64,000 bases of DNA from Leptospiraceae bacterium (GCA_040217195.1 JAVJNR010000003.1:384001-448000), one strand, 5' to 3'; numbered from the stretch's first letter, positions 31,113 to 41,228 are shown. Numbers and translations are program-made. The notes: generated from the sequence alone by a model not told the origin.

Positions 31113-33547
31113 CAGTATTTAAAGCCTCGCAATGTAAAGATTCGCTTCATCATATTCCAGAAACCGGGCTTTCGAGAGGCTTTCAGGGCTTCCCTGTATT
31201 CCTGCCTCAGACGATCAAAGGTTTCCTTTTTTTCGCGCTCGCTGAACGTTTCTTTGAACCGGAGCATAGTGTATGTACCTGCGAATGGAGCCGTAAAACG
31301 ATTATGGGAGGCATACTCCAGTGGCGTTTCGCTTAATTTCCGCAGCGGTTGAGAGTGCTCGGTAAGTCGCAGATAGAATAGAGTAAGTATATGATCCAGA
31401 CCTTTGCGATTGTTCTTTCGCGCCAGGTTTGCATGATAGGCCAGCCTGAGAAAGCGAAAGGAATACAAAGAAATCACAGCAATGGTTGCCAGTAGGCCAG
31501 TGAGCTGACCAAGAAAGACCCAGGGGATTTCAAATCCTTTAGATTCCTCGGCATTCTTTTCTTCTTCAATGTCGGGAATAATTACATCCATGGCATTAGG
31601 ATCGTTTTCCGGAGTCGGTGGAATGGCAAAGGATGTGGTCTCTATGTCCACCCAGCCATAACCGGGCATAAAAATCTGAACCCAGGCATGTCGATGGGAG
31701 GTGGTAACCAGATAGAGGTGCTCCAGAGGCCAGTTTTCCAGCACAGGTATTTTACTTCTGAGCTCTTTGAGACCTCCTCTATGAGCCGGGGTTTGCAGAT
31801 CTGTACTGGCAATGTATCCATTTACCACTCGGGCCGGCAGGCCTGAAGCTCTGGCAAGCATGGCTGTTGCATGGGCAAACTCGGTGCAGTCCCCTTCTTT
31901 TGTTTGAAAAAGGAATTTTTGGACTCCCGCCACGGATGAATCTTCCGTAAAGCCCATCTTATAGCGATAGTCTTTGTATCCCTGGAGAATAGCATTCAAC
32001 CGTGCGAAGTATGTTCCGTCCTGGCCGAGGCGAGAATTCACCCACTCTTCCAGCCTTTTCTTGTCTGCCGGGGGTAAATTCAGTTCCAGATATTTCGAGT
32101 ATTCTGATAATTCCGCCGGTGTGGGTTCCGGGATGTCGGCCCATTGCTCAGGACCTGACATGCTAATAGCGCTGGTAGCAGTATAGGAAAGGTCAAAAGG
32201 ATGATACTTCTTCTGCAATACTGTGGGCTCCACAGAGAAGGGCCTGTAAGCTAATACACGTTGAGGAATACTGGACAGATAAAAAACATCCACAGGAAGT
32301 CTTCGCGGATGGCGCTCTGGATCCGGATCCTGCCAGGTTTCCAGCAAACGACGATCCCTCAGTCGATTGAGGATTTCGTCTGGATCGTAGATAAAGCCTT
32401 TCTGCGAATCAAATTCGCTCAGATATTCGCCGGCAGCATACACTGGTTGACTGTCGGAAGCGATAATCATTACAGCACTCTGTTTACCTTTCCCTTTTCC
32501 AGAATCCTGGAACTGATCCCATTTATCGGAGGGGACTTTATAGAGTTTGTTATCGTATTGACGGCCACCCTGACCTTGATTCTGGCCCTGACCGCCCTGG
32601 TTGCCATCCGGATTGCCCTGGCCCTGTCCACCTTCACCTTCGCCCTGGCCGCCTTCTCCATCAGGTTTTCCCTGACCGCCCTGGCCTTCGCCCTGGTTTT
32701 GTCCCTGGCCCTGACCTTCTCCTTTTTGCTGTAATTCAGAAGGATACTTTTCGCCCCTATCGCCCAGAGGCTTGCCATTCTGGTTGCCACCACCCTGGGG
32801 TCGCCCACCAGGACCATCTCCTTGACCGCCACCGTCCAGATTTCCCTGACCTTCTTTGGGCTGAGGTACGTTATCTTCCAGAAGCTTGAAACTAATGTCA
32901 TGGATTACGAAATCTCTAGGTACCAGAAACGTGAATAAGGCCACAAGTGCAAGGGCAGCTACCGAGAAGACCAGAGCCTCCTTTCGCCTCTTGATTTTAC
33001 TTTGTTGAGCCTTCTGATCATCGGAAGCGCGATCTGGCATGGATCTAGAAAAGCCAGCAAAATATAATACCAGAACATGAATCAGAAAAAGGGCTACTGT
33101 GAGACCAATAAGAAATGGCGTTAGCTTTCCAGCTTCCTGAGCTATTTCTTCCGAGGAGCGCGCAAAGGTTAGAATTCTATAATAGAATGCTGCCAGAAGA
33201 AAAGTCTCCAGGGCAGCCAATATCGGAAATCGGCCCTGACCGTGGAAAACCAGAAAGGTCCAGGCATAAGCTAGAAGTCCGCCAACCAGTATCCAGTAGG
33301 CTCCCTCTTCCAGCCCTGAGACTACCAGCACGGAAAAGGCCAGTAAACCGGATGCAGCAATCAGTCCCCATTTCAAGGCCAGTCGAGGAGGACGCATATA
33401 AAATGCGATTAACATCTCACCGGGTATTACTATAAATGCAATCCACTGGGTGACCGAATCGTAAGGAACGACCACTCCAGGGTGAAAAAATGGAATACTG
33501 AAGGCGGTCAGGTAGAGCGCCATCCGTGTGTAAAACAGGATCTGCAT
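31112..33547 (-). CDS. Membrane-anchored transglutaminase-like protein
   Basis: N-terminal TM bundle, GDCTEFA (Cys), LPARVVNGY, HAWVQ (His), GWVDIETT; C-terminal TM and ETPLEY; ATG 33547 follows DUF58 stop. Confidence 0.9.
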   Translation of the reverse strand: MQILFYTRMALYLTAFSIPFFHPGVVVPYDSVTQWIAFIVIPGEMLIAFYMRPPRLALKWGLIAASGLLAFSVLVVSGLEEGAYWILVGGLLAYAWTFLVFHGQGRFPILAALETFLLAAFYYRILTFARSSEEIAQEAGKLTPFLIGLTVALFLIHVLVLYFAGFSRSMPDRASDDQKAQQSKIKRRKEALVFSVAALALVALFTFLVPRDFVIHDISFKLLEDNVPQPKEGQGNLDGGGQGDGPGGRPQGGGNQNGKPLGDRGEKYPSELQQKGEGQGQGQNQGEGQGGQGKPDGEGGQGEGEGGQGQGNPDGNQGGQGQNQGQGGRQYDNKLYKVPSDKWDQFQDSGKGKGKQSAVMIIASDSQPVYAAGEYLSEFDSQKGFIYDPDEILNRLRDRRLLETWQDPDPERHPRRLPVDVFYLSSIPQRVLAYRPFSVEPTVLQKKYHPFDLSYTATSAISMSGPEQWADIPEPTPAELSEYSKYLELNLPPADKKRLEEWVNSRLGQDGTYFARLNAILQGYKDYRYKMGFTEDSSVAGVQKFLFQTKEGDCTEFAHATAMLARASGLPARVVNGYIASTDLQTPAHRGGLKELRSKIPVLENWPLEHLYLVTTSHRHAWVQIFMPGYGWVDIETTSFAIPPTPENDPNAMDVIIPDIEEEKNAEESKGFEIPWVFLGQLTGLLATIAVISLYSFRFLRLAYHANLARKNNRKGLDHILTLFYLRLTEHSQPLRKLSETPLEYASHNRFTAPFAGTYTMLRFKETFSEREKKETFDRLRQEYREALKASRKPGFWNMMKRIFTLRGFKY
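32560..32865 (-). repeat. Low-complexity Gly/Gln/Glu/Asn coding repeat within the transglutaminase gene
   Basis: Repeated GQG/GEG units (ccctgacc/ccctggcc on + strand). Confidence 0.8.
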
Positions 33548-33549
33548 AA

Positions 33550-34803
33550 TTAAACCAACCTCAACCGGAGCTTTTCTTCCACCAGATTTCCGCCAGCCGG
33601 AGCCGGCAAAGTTCCAGGGGCCTTCTGGCGACGAAACATCCAGAACCCTGGAAAACAGCTCAGATCCCAATCTGGCAGGAAACGAACTTCCCGTCCCGGA
33701 CCGCGCACCGTGCCAAATACGCTGAGCTTCTCCGCTGAATGCTCCTGCATGAAGGAGCCAAGTCGAGTATCATACGCTGTGGTAAAGATAAAGCGTTCCC
33801 CTGTGCGCGGCGAATCAGAATCGCCTGCTTCCTGGCCTGGCAGGAAATACTGAAGAGCGGCCAGCTCTCGAGAAAATCTGTCCAGATCTTCGCCGGTTTC
33901 AAGCATAGTAGATCCGGCCGGAGTACGAATCCGAAAATTATACTCTGGATGATCCCGATGAACTACGCGAACAAAAGAAAGAAACCAGCTCTTCAAATAA
34001 TTAAGATGAAGGATGGCCTCGGGACTGTCCATGCCATCATCATTAAAGGCTCTAAAATCAAGATGCAAAAGATGGGATTGCTCCGGACTTATGGGCGAAA
34101 TTCGCGTAATCAACTCCTGGATACGTATGGAAGATTTCCAGTTAATATCCTTAAGCCGATCTCCGGGAATGTACTCCCGCATGTAGTATTTTTCCTCTTC
34201 CGATGTTTGCATCTTTCGACTACTTTCCATACTGGAAGCTGGCTGAAAGTGCACCGGCGTTTTTTCCGGAAATAAAGGAGCCTCTACAGTGATCTCCACT
34301 CTTTCATCTTCGCCCAGGCGAAAACGAACCAGGCCAAACACATCGCGCAGCATCAATGTTCCCTTGAATACACCCCGGCCGCTATAGGGAAAGTTTAGAG
34401 GAACTAGAATTAATGAACCATCTGGGCTGGAGCCTTCAGAGCGAAAAGAAAAGGAGGCATGGCGACCCACGGAAAATGGTCCGCGAATCAAAAAATGGAA
34501 CCTGTAAAAGTAGTGGCATTTCTGATCTCCAAGATGCACTGCCTGAACCTGACCATTCAGACGAGCAAATATAGAATGGCCGGAATCCATAACCGGAGTT
34601 GCATGACGAAAACGGAACTTCTGAATATATCCATCGGAAATCAGAAAGATCAATACGAATAAAGCTGTTATTCCAAAAACGAATGCATAGGCATTCTGGG
34701 AGCCATGCCAGACACCCAGCAGGTACAATGATGTCAGTAGCAACAGTGTGCCTGTGGCAGTCAGAGGATACCCTCTATAGATGGATTTTGCTAATTCCTT
34801 CAA
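33550..34803 (-). CDS. DUF58 domain protein
   Basis: DVFGL and MREYIPGDRLKDINWKSS motifs; two N-terminal TMs; between MoxR and transglutaminase. Confidence 0.9.
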   Translation of the reverse strand: MKELAKSIYRGYPLTATGTLLLLTSLYLLGVWHGSQNAYAFVFGITALFVLIFLISDGYIQKFRFRHATPVMDSGHSIFARLNGQVQAVHLGDQKCHYFYRFHFLIRGPFSVGRHASFSFRSEGSSPDGSLILVPLNFPYSGRGVFKGTLMLRDVFGLVRFRLGEDERVEITVEAPLFPEKTPVHFQPASSMESSRKMQTSEEEKYYMREYIPGDRLKDINWKSSIRIQELITRISPISPEQSHLLHLDFRAFNDDGMDSPEAILHLNYLKSWFLSFVRVVHRDHPEYNFRIRTPAGSTMLETGEDLDRFSRELAALQYFLPGQEAGDSDSPRTGERFIFTTAYDTRLGSFMQEHSAEKLSVFGTVRGPGREVRFLPDWDLSCFPGFWMFRRQKAPGTLPAPAGGNLVEEKLRLRLV

Positions 34804-34856
34804 ATTGATTCCTGGCGCCGGTTGCTACCGGCGGACTATCCTGGCTGGATCGCCCC

Positions 34857-35846
34857 CTACCGGCTGGTTTTGACTTCGTTGAGGATCTGCTTGATTACAT
34901 CACCCGGTGCAACTCGGGGATCTTCCAGTTCCAGCCTGTGAGACAGTACCGGAACAGCCAGTTCCTTTACTGTATCGATGGAAACATAGTCATTACCACG
35001 CATTATGGAAAGTGCACGGGCGATTCTAGAAAGTTTGATACCAGCTCTAGGAGAACAACCGGTGATAACACCTGGATAGGTTCTGGTTTTTCGGATTAGA
35101 GCGACAATGTAATCCACTACTTCCCGGTGTATTGTAACTTCATCCACAAGTCTCTGCCAGGCAAGCAGTTCCCCTACGTCGATGACCGGACCAAATCCCT
35201 TCCAGGAGTTATCCTTACCATGTTGCTCAATGATATCACCTTCGCTTTGTTCGTCCGGATACCCCAGGGAAATCTGCAGCATGAATCGGTCCAGCTGAGG
35301 GGCGGGAAGAGGAAAAAGATGGGAACCCTTCAGGTTCATAGTTGAAATAATAAAGAAGGGATCCGGGAGGTCATAGGTTCTGCCTTCAATAGACACAGAT
35401 TGTTCTTCCATGGCTTGAAAGAAACTTCCCTGAGTCTTCGGAGTTAGAAGATTGATTTCGTCACAGAGAATAAAATGCGCAAAAATGGGCCCACGGTTGA
35501 ATTGATTCTGGGACGTTTTCATATCGAATCGGTTATAACCCAGAATATCCTGCGGAAGCAGATCCACTGTGCACTGAATTCGGCTGAAATGCTCAATGTC
35601 CACTCCCTGCTGATTCTGATTTGCACTGCCCCATTGAATGGAACCGGCCAGAGCACGAGCCAGAGAGGTTTTTCCTACACCGTGGGAGTCTGCCAGCATT
35701 ACGTGACCGCCAGCAATCTTGGAGGCGATTAGATACTCTAGCTTCCTTGTATCGATATAGATTACGGTTTTGATGTTTGCCATGAGTCGGAGAATGCCTT
35801 CTTTGGCAGCTCCGAAGTAGGATGAAGGAACGCTTTCCGTTTGCAT
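34857..35846 (-). CDS. moxR: MoxR-family AAA+ ATPase
   Basis: GVGKTSLARALA, RIQCTVDLLPQDILG, CDEIN, FPLPAPQLDRF, SPRA, VLSHRL. Confidence 0.93.
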   Translation of the reverse strand: MQTESVPSSYFGAAKEGILRLMANIKTVIYIDTRKLEYLIASKIAGGHVMLADSHGVGKTSLARALAGSIQWGSANQNQQGVDIEHFSRIQCTVDLLPQDILGYNRFDMKTSQNQFNRGPIFAHFILCDEINLLTPKTQGSFFQAMEEQSVSIEGRTYDLPDPFFIISTMNLKGSHLFPLPAPQLDRFMLQISLGYPDEQSEGDIIEQHGKDNSWKGFGPVIDVGELLAWQRLVDEVTIHREVVDYIVALIRKTRTYPGVITGCSPRAGIKLSRIARALSIMRGNDYVSIDTVKELAVPVLSHRLELEDPRVAPGDVIKQILNEVKTSR

Positions 35847-35854
35847 GTATGGGC

Positions 35855-36202
35855 CTATTTAGTGAATATCCGGTTGTGAGGGCAAGGATTATCCGTTGGA
35901 GCATTGGACGAAAGTGGGTCATCCGGGGTTCCCTGATAGAATCTGAGATCCTCCGTGTAAAGAAGGTAGGACAGATAAACGATGAGCACTAGGCCTCCAT
36001 AGGCATAGCCGGCCGTCGCGGTCCCTCTGCTTACGGCTGCCCCGGCCAGCCATAAATCCAGCAATACGCCCAGACTGATCTCATAAAAGCCCACATATTT
36101 CCCGGAACCTCCGCTGCTGTGAACCGCCGCATTCATGGTGACGCAGGAGGCTAGAGTTAAACAGCCAACTAGAGAGAAAACCAGAATAGTCCGTCGCATC
36201 AT
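35855..36202 (-). CDS. Hypothetical membrane lipoprotein
   Basis: LASC lipobox plus two further hydrophobic segments. Confidence 0.6.
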   Translation of the reverse strand: MMRRTILVFSLVGCLTLASCVTMNAAVHSSGGSGKYVGFYEISLGVLLDLWLAGAAVSRGTATAGYAYGGLVLIVYLSYLLYTEDLRFYQGTPDDPLSSNAPTDNPCPHNRIFTK

Positions 36203-36208
36203 GGCATC

Positions 36209-36538
36209 CTAGAAGATTAAGTACCGGGGGTACCGAGATTCTTTGTCGCACTCAGTAAGCTGTATCTGGTAGTATACACAGAGGCTGAGCGTAAGATTCG
36301 AAAAGCTGCTTTCCTCCGATTCCTCCGGAGTTCGAAGAGCAAGATTCATTGAGCAGTACTGGTCGCGCTGAGACCGAGCCCCTTCTTCCAGAAATCCGTC
36401 CCCATCCTTGCAGATATCCCTCTTGGATACTCCCGGCCCCATATGACCCATATTACACACGGAGATGTGAAATGAAAGAATGAGAATCAAGAGCGGAAGG
36501 ACTTTGCGCCACCCCGGATTTTTTTCTCGTCCGTTCAT
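36209..36538 (-). CDS. Small Cys-rich exported protein/lipoprotein
   Basis: Signal peptide ending ISVC; four further Cys. Confidence 0.6.
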   Translation of the reverse strand: MNGREKNPGWRKVLPLLILILSFHISVCNMGHMGPGVSKRDICKDGDGFLEEGARSQRDQYCSMNLALRTPEESEESSFSNLTLSLCVYYQIQLTECDKESRYPRYLIF

Positions 36539-36559
36539 GAACGCAACGCCTTTCGATCC

Positions 36560-37045
36560 TTAGAGTTCGACATTGTAGTTCCTTACCTCATATCGATAGA
36601 CATGGTTGTCATCGTCAGCAATTATCGTAACGCTGTTTTTGCCTTTCAGAGCTCGGTATTCGTAGCCGCCCGGATTTCGAATGAATGGCTCTCCCTGGAA
36701 ACCAATCCTTTCGATCGCTCGATCATCAAGAGGAATCGAATCCTGCGGCCTGAAGAATATCATGATCGCCGTGTCACCCAGATAGATGATTCGAAGGTGT
36801 CCGTCTGAATATTTGCACTCGGGACCTGTAATAGCCTCCGCACATACCATCGGTTTTCCATGAACTGCTTCAATGGAGTCCCGGGACTGACCGGCAATCC
36901 GGGAAAGATCAATCAACACTTCTACGGGCTGCTCTTTACAGCCAATGCAAAACAATGCTCCGGCCACGAACAGCAGGATAGCGGTCTGGCCACACCTGCG
37001 TCCTACTTGCTGCGATTTGCGACGGGACAATGCTTTCATTTGCAT
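36560..37045 (-). CDS. Hypothetical lipoprotein
   Basis: Basic N-terminus, hydrophobic core, CIGC lipobox. Confidence 0.65.
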   Translation of the reverse strand: MQMKALSRRKSQQVGRRCGQTAILLFVAGALFCIGCKEQPVEVLIDLSRIAGQSRDSIEAVHGKPMVCAEAITGPECKYSDGHLRIIYLGDTAIMIFFRPQDSIPLDDRAIERIGFQGEPFIRNPGGYEYRALKGKNSVTIIADDDNHVYRYEVRNYNVEL

Positions 37046-37181
37046 AGATTCCTAGCTGTCCATATCTCGGATCAATCGTCCACAAAAAAGCAGACTACTC
37101 CCGGGAAATCTCTTCGCATCTTCGCAGCTTTCATGGCGACCTTTTTAACTTGACCCGCCTACGAAACAGAGAGCACTTATT

Positions 37182-37661
37182 ATGATGCGACCTTTCAGGG
37201 TGACGTTCCTTTTTCTCCTCGGATTTGCTCTCTATTGCTCTGGAGGGGACTCTCAGCCTTGCGACACAATGGTTGCGCAAATGGGACTGGAAAAGAAATG
37301 GGTACGGGTGGTGACTGGCGGATCCCGATCAAGGAGTGTTGGACTTGAATGCGCCATTAATTCGACTCAGTGGGCTGAAAATGGGGAAGCGTTCCAGGTA
37401 TATAGCTTTGTGACACCTGAAGATGCGGATTCATTGCTGGAATCCCTGCACGACACGGAAGAAGGCCAGACTGAGAAATTTGAAGAGAATGGACGAGACT
37501 ACTTCATTTCCACCGAGCCGAGCCAATTTTCGACATTATGCACCTACTCTGGAGTCAAAGAGACGTCATTGTTGTTTCTTCAATGGGTGCCGACTGGCAA
37601 TAGCTGTCGACGCGACGAAATCCCGTCAGATAGAGAGCAAATCATACAACGGTTTTATTGA
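37182..37661 (+). CDS. Hypothetical lipoprotein
   Basis: ALYC lipobox; paired Cys. Confidence 0.65.
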   Translation: MMRPFRVTFLFLLGFALYCSGGDSQPCDTMVAQMGLEKKWVRVVTGGSRSRSVGLECAINSTQWAENGEAFQVYSFVTPEDADSLLESLHDTEEGQTEKFEENGRDYFISTEPSQFSTLCTYSGVKETSLLFLQWVPTGNSCRRDEIPSDREQIIQRFY

Positions 37662-37804
37662 TCCCGTTCCATTGCACAGGGTAAGGAGTAAAAATCACTG
37701 AATCGGTATGCCGGGCACCGGGGCGCAGCAATCGCCACCGCCTTCTCCGGGAACTCCCCGAGGGTATCGGGTCTACAACGTTGATCCGTTTCGATAGAGG
37801 ATAG

Positions 37805-38830
37805 ATGATGGCAACAAATAGTAGAAAAAGACCAATAGACAGCGCCGTGCTCTGGAGATGCATAGGCTTACTGACAAATCTTCTAGTGCTAACCTGTGCG
37901 AGTTACCCTACCGTAGAAGCCCCACTCCCGCCGAAGTCGCTGGCCGCCATGGGAACCGTTTTCGTGGCTCACATAGAAGAAACCAGCAATCCTGGTGTGC
38001 ATGCGGCTCCATACAAACCCATGGCCGAGCGGATACTCGAGCAGGCGGGCTTCCGAGTTGTCAAAGAAGACAGGGCGGAATTCCATTTGATCATTCGCAC
38101 GAGAACGGAGGCATTGAAAATCCGATACATCACTCGGGACCGAGAGACGTTTTACTCGTATAAGGGCGTGCGAAGCGCGGGAACCCTGGAGGTGATTACA
38201 ACCGCCCGAGAACCCATGTTTTTACACTTTTCATCGGAAAAAGATCCGCCAATCTTTGCGAAAAAATGGGACGATGAAGAACCGGATCCGGCCCTGGCGC
38301 CCTACGGTGAAGCCTTCGAATTGCCGGGAGGGTTCTACGATGCAATGAACGCTTTGCTTCTCGAGCAAATATCGCAGGACAGATTCCTGCGCATGGTCAA
38401 TCTGCCCTTTAAAGATTTTAACGGACTGGACTATAAGGGCAGTCTGATTCGCTCCCTTCACGAGAGAGGTATTACTGCAGCAAGTCCGCAATTGATGCGA
38501 TTGCTCAGCGATAACGAATTTTCCTGTGGGACAATTTGTCCTATTCTGGTTGAATGGAAATACGAACCGGTTCTCGACTATGCCATTGCCATTCTGGGAA
38601 GCGAGAAAAAGCCTTACGACCTTGAACCAGTTTTCGAAACACATGTCCAATTCAAGCAACGCCGATCGATACCATCCCTCATCGCATTTCTCCGCACCGT
38701 CAGAAACACCAAATCAGATCGTGACTCGAAGCATCAGAAGTTAGCACTTAGGGCATTGCGTGAGATTTCCGGGCAGGATCTGGGAGAAGAGCCATCCGCC
38801 TGGGCTGAATGGTTCAAAGCTCAGCATTAA
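37805..38830 (+). CDS. Hypothetical lipoprotein with C-terminal HEAT-like helices
   Basis: VLTC lipobox; ALRALREISGQDLGEEPSAWAEWF HEAT-type terminus; start uncertain. Confidence 0.7.
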   Translation: MMATNSRKRPIDSAVLWRCIGLLTNLLVLTCASYPTVEAPLPPKSLAAMGTVFVAHIEETSNPGVHAAPYKPMAERILEQAGFRVVKEDRAEFHLIIRTRTEALKIRYITRDRETFYSYKGVRSAGTLEVITTAREPMFLHFSSEKDPPIFAKKWDDEEPDPALAPYGEAFELPGGFYDAMNALLLEQISQDRFLRMVNLPFKDFNGLDYKGSLIRSLHERGITAASPQLMRLLSDNEFSCGTICPILVEWKYEPVLDYAIAILGSEKKPYDLEPVFETHVQFKQRRSIPSLIAFLRTVRNTKSDRDSKHQKLALRALREISGQDLGEEPSAWAEWFKAQH

Positions 38831-38889
38831 AGGTTCGAAGATACGCTCTCTCACCCGGTTCTCAACCCGTTGGATGCTTCTACCGAATT

Positions 38890-39453
38890 TCAGGGCTGTT
38901 TTTTTCTTTCCCGGTAGGCATTGTCCAGTTTGGTAATCCGTACGCCGTCGGTGTCCAGATATTTCAATAGGGACGCCGCATACCGATCTTTATACATCCC
39001 ACAGAACTGGCGAGTAACGTAGGAATAACCGTCCCCGCCTTCGTAAAGAATAACAGCAAGGGAAATCGTATCCGGCACACTATCGACCCCGGCTCTCCCT
39101 TTGAGCCCCTGTATCGCCGCGTCAGCCTCGGTGAAATCCAATTTGATACTCACCCTGCAGGCCGATTTCCCATTCGGCAACACGGCAGTGCATGCGTTTG
39201 AACCGAGTTGCGGCCTGGCACTGCCGAAGAAATGGTTACCGAGAAAGCGGGCCATATCTTCACCAGCCGAGCCCTCCGTAATGACTTGCAGGCAACGAAA
39301 ATTCCCCGGCCTACCGGGTTCTGTCTTGTTGTCTGAGAAAACGATCGGGGATTCGATATCGCCCGGTGTTAGATCCAACGCGTCACCTTTGCAACTGAAA
39401 GCGGCGCAAAGAAGCAACAGTGGAATCGCGGAGAGTATTAGGGTTCTTTTCAT
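38890..39453 (-). CDS. Hypothetical lipoprotein
   Basis: MKR + hydrophobic core + AFSC lipobox. Confidence 0.7.
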   Translation of the reverse strand: MKRTLILSAIPLLLLCAAFSCKGDALDLTPGDIESPIVFSDNKTEPGRPGNFRCLQVITEGSAGEDMARFLGNHFFGSARPQLGSNACTAVLPNGKSACRVSIKLDFTEADAAIQGLKGRAGVDSVPDTISLAVILYEGGDGYSYVTRQFCGMYKDRYAASLLKYLDTDGVRITKLDNAYRERKKQP

Positions 39454-39584
39454 TCTGATTACCAGCTACAGAGTTGCATCGGGAGCAATTTGAGGCCAAT
39501 CCTTTTTTAGAGGTACGCTCGAAGTTGGCCCTCCTGGCCGCGCTGCAGCATTGGACGAGGCCACCACTTCCCGGGTTCTAAATC

Positions 39585-40370
39585 TCAGTTCCCGGATAGC
39601 TCTGCCCGACGACGACGCCTTTCTCTCAGGTCATCTTCTTTTCTAAACCTTACCATCTCCTGCTGAAATTCCTTCATTGCTTTTTCGAATTCCAGAAGAC
39701 CCAGGTTTCGACTTCCAGGATTTAGCTCCGGGTCCGAGCCTGGACTGAGTAGACTTTCCAGCTCAGTGATCATCATTTCTTTGTACCGACGGGAGGTATT
39801 GGACAGTATCAGTTTTCGGACGGCTTCTGTAGAATTTACAATAACATGAGCCACAATGTTCATTCTGCATCGAGCGATCAGTCTATGCAGATCTGCATTT
39901 GGCCAGGACAGTAAATCATCGATGGAAGGAAGGGCATCCCCCTGGGGACGCTGTCCAAGCAAGGACTCATAAATGGCATATCCCTTGCCAGTGGGAGGTG
40001 TGGCAGCCCTTAGAAAGCCGGATGGTTCCTTTCCCTGAGCAGCCCGGCATAATTCCACTTCCGAAATAGGCAGCACTCCCTGCACCTTATCCTGTCGGCG
40101 AATTAGAAATGGTTCCGTAAAAAGCAGGACGCTGAAGCCCGCCGCATCCAATCTAAAAAGGCCGGTATGATTCTTATGCAGTGACCATTTCTGTGATTTC
40201 TGGATAGGTCCGGATTCCACCTTCCGGGTTATCAAAAACCTGTCTAGCTTGGACTGAATGGCCGCTACGGACTCTAAAATCTTCTGGGAAATTTGTTCGT
40301 GGGTTGGAGGAGGCTGAGCTTTCTTTTTTCTACGAACCTTTGCAAAAACTCTTTGGAAGAAACCAGCCAT
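39585..40370 (-). CDS. Protein with FliG C-terminal-like domain
   Basis: SIDDLL..ADLHRLI...AVRKLILSNTSRRYKEMMITELE resembles the FliG-C NMS.RA..M..EE motif. Confidence 0.6.
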   Translation of the reverse strand: MAGFFQRVFAKVRRKKKAQPPPTHEQISQKILESVAAIQSKLDRFLITRKVESGPIQKSQKWSLHKNHTGLFRLDAAGFSVLLFTEPFLIRRQDKVQGVLPISEVELCRAAQGKEPSGFLRAATPPTGKGYAIYESLLGQRPQGDALPSIDDLLSWPNADLHRLIARCRMNIVAHVIVNSTEAVRKLILSNTSRRYKEMMITELESLLSPGSDPELNPGSRNLGLLEFEKAMKEFQQEMVRFRKEDDLRERRRRRAELSGN

Positions 40371-40373
40371 CCT

Positions 40374-40727
40374 TTATTGATTTTTGGCTTCTTCGATGCA
40401 TTCCTTGAGCGAAGATTCTATTTCCAGGAGCTGATCCACCCCTGTGAGCTCAAAAACTTCTAGAATTCGTTGATTGGCGCCAAAAATCCAGAAGCTACCC
40501 CTTGAACTGTTCAAACGAAGCTTGAGGTTCACGAGTATGCCTATGGCGGCACTGGAAATATGTTCCAGTTTTGTGAAGTCCATAATGAAATATGGTTCTT
40601 CCAGGGATTCGACCAGACTTTCCAGTTCTTCACCGAAGTGCACTGCATCTTCCAGGGCGAACCGCCCTTTGATTTTTAGTACAGGAATTCCCTCCTTCCG
40701 AGAGGCTTCCAACTGGAGCTGGCTCAT
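40374..40727 (-). CDS. STAS-domain anti-sigma factor antagonist
   Basis: MDFTKLEHISSAAIGILV (phospho-Ser motif), VFELTG. Confidence 0.9.
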   Translation of the reverse strand: MSQLQLEASRKEGIPVLKIKGRFALEDAVHFGEELESLVESLEEPYFIMDFTKLEHISSAAIGILVNLKLRLNSSRGSFWIFGANQRILEVFELTGVDQLLEIESSLKECIEEAKNQ

Positions 40728-40750
40728 GTTGTCTAGTGGGCTGATAGAGC

Positions 40751-40951
40751 TTACTTGAGTTTATATTTTTTCTTAAATCGATCTACACGACCGGCGGAGT
40801 CTACAACCCTTTGCTGCCCTGTATAGAACGGGTGGCAATTGGAGCAAATCTCAACAGACAGGTCTCCCCGAGTAGAACGGGTTTTGTAGGTGGCCCCACA
40901 GGCACATTTAATAGTTGCTTCTTTGTATTCTGGATGGATTCCGGTTTTCAT
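40751..40951 (-). CDS. rpmE: 50S ribosomal protein L31 (Zn-binding form)
   Basis: [29 protein letters not shown]. Confidence 0.98.
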   Translation of the reverse strand: MKTGIHPEYKEATIKCACGATYKTRSTRGDLSVEICSNCHPFYTGQQRVVDSAGRVDRFKKKYKLK

Positions 40952-41130
40952 CCTTGCCTCCCGATCCCGCCAGATTCTGGAGAGGGACCGTAAGCGTCAA
41001 GTAAAGCAAAGTCGAACCCGTCCGGCCACCGGATTATTCCTGGAGTAATATTGATGGAAATTCCATAAGCAAAGCCCGATCATGTGCCCCGAACGTCCTT
41101 GAACGCCAGGTTGCCGGGCTCAGAAATAAA

Positions 41131-41149
41131 AATCCCCCCGGGGGGTATA
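41131..41149. promoter_or_regulatory. C6G6-tract element resembling the 26185 operator, overlapping a TATAAT
   Basis: AATCCCCCCGGGGGGTATA matches 15/19 positions of TATACCCCATGGGGGTATA; TATAAT at 41146-41151. Confidence 0.45.
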
Positions 41150-41228
41150 ATTCCGGTTAGCTAAAATTAAGAATGAGACGTCCAAATAGAAAAACAGGAT
41201 GGGAGGCTAATGGCTCCCGGAAGAAATC

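Noticed and set aside
37642..37863. 73-aa minus-strand ORF with a hydrophobic start
   Set aside because: Overlaps both flanking plus-strand genes; cannot be supported, though the neighbour's start is uncertain
35855..39453. Integron cassette array
   Set aside because: Mixed orientations, no recognisable attC (RYYYAAC...GTTRRRY) repeats, no integrase
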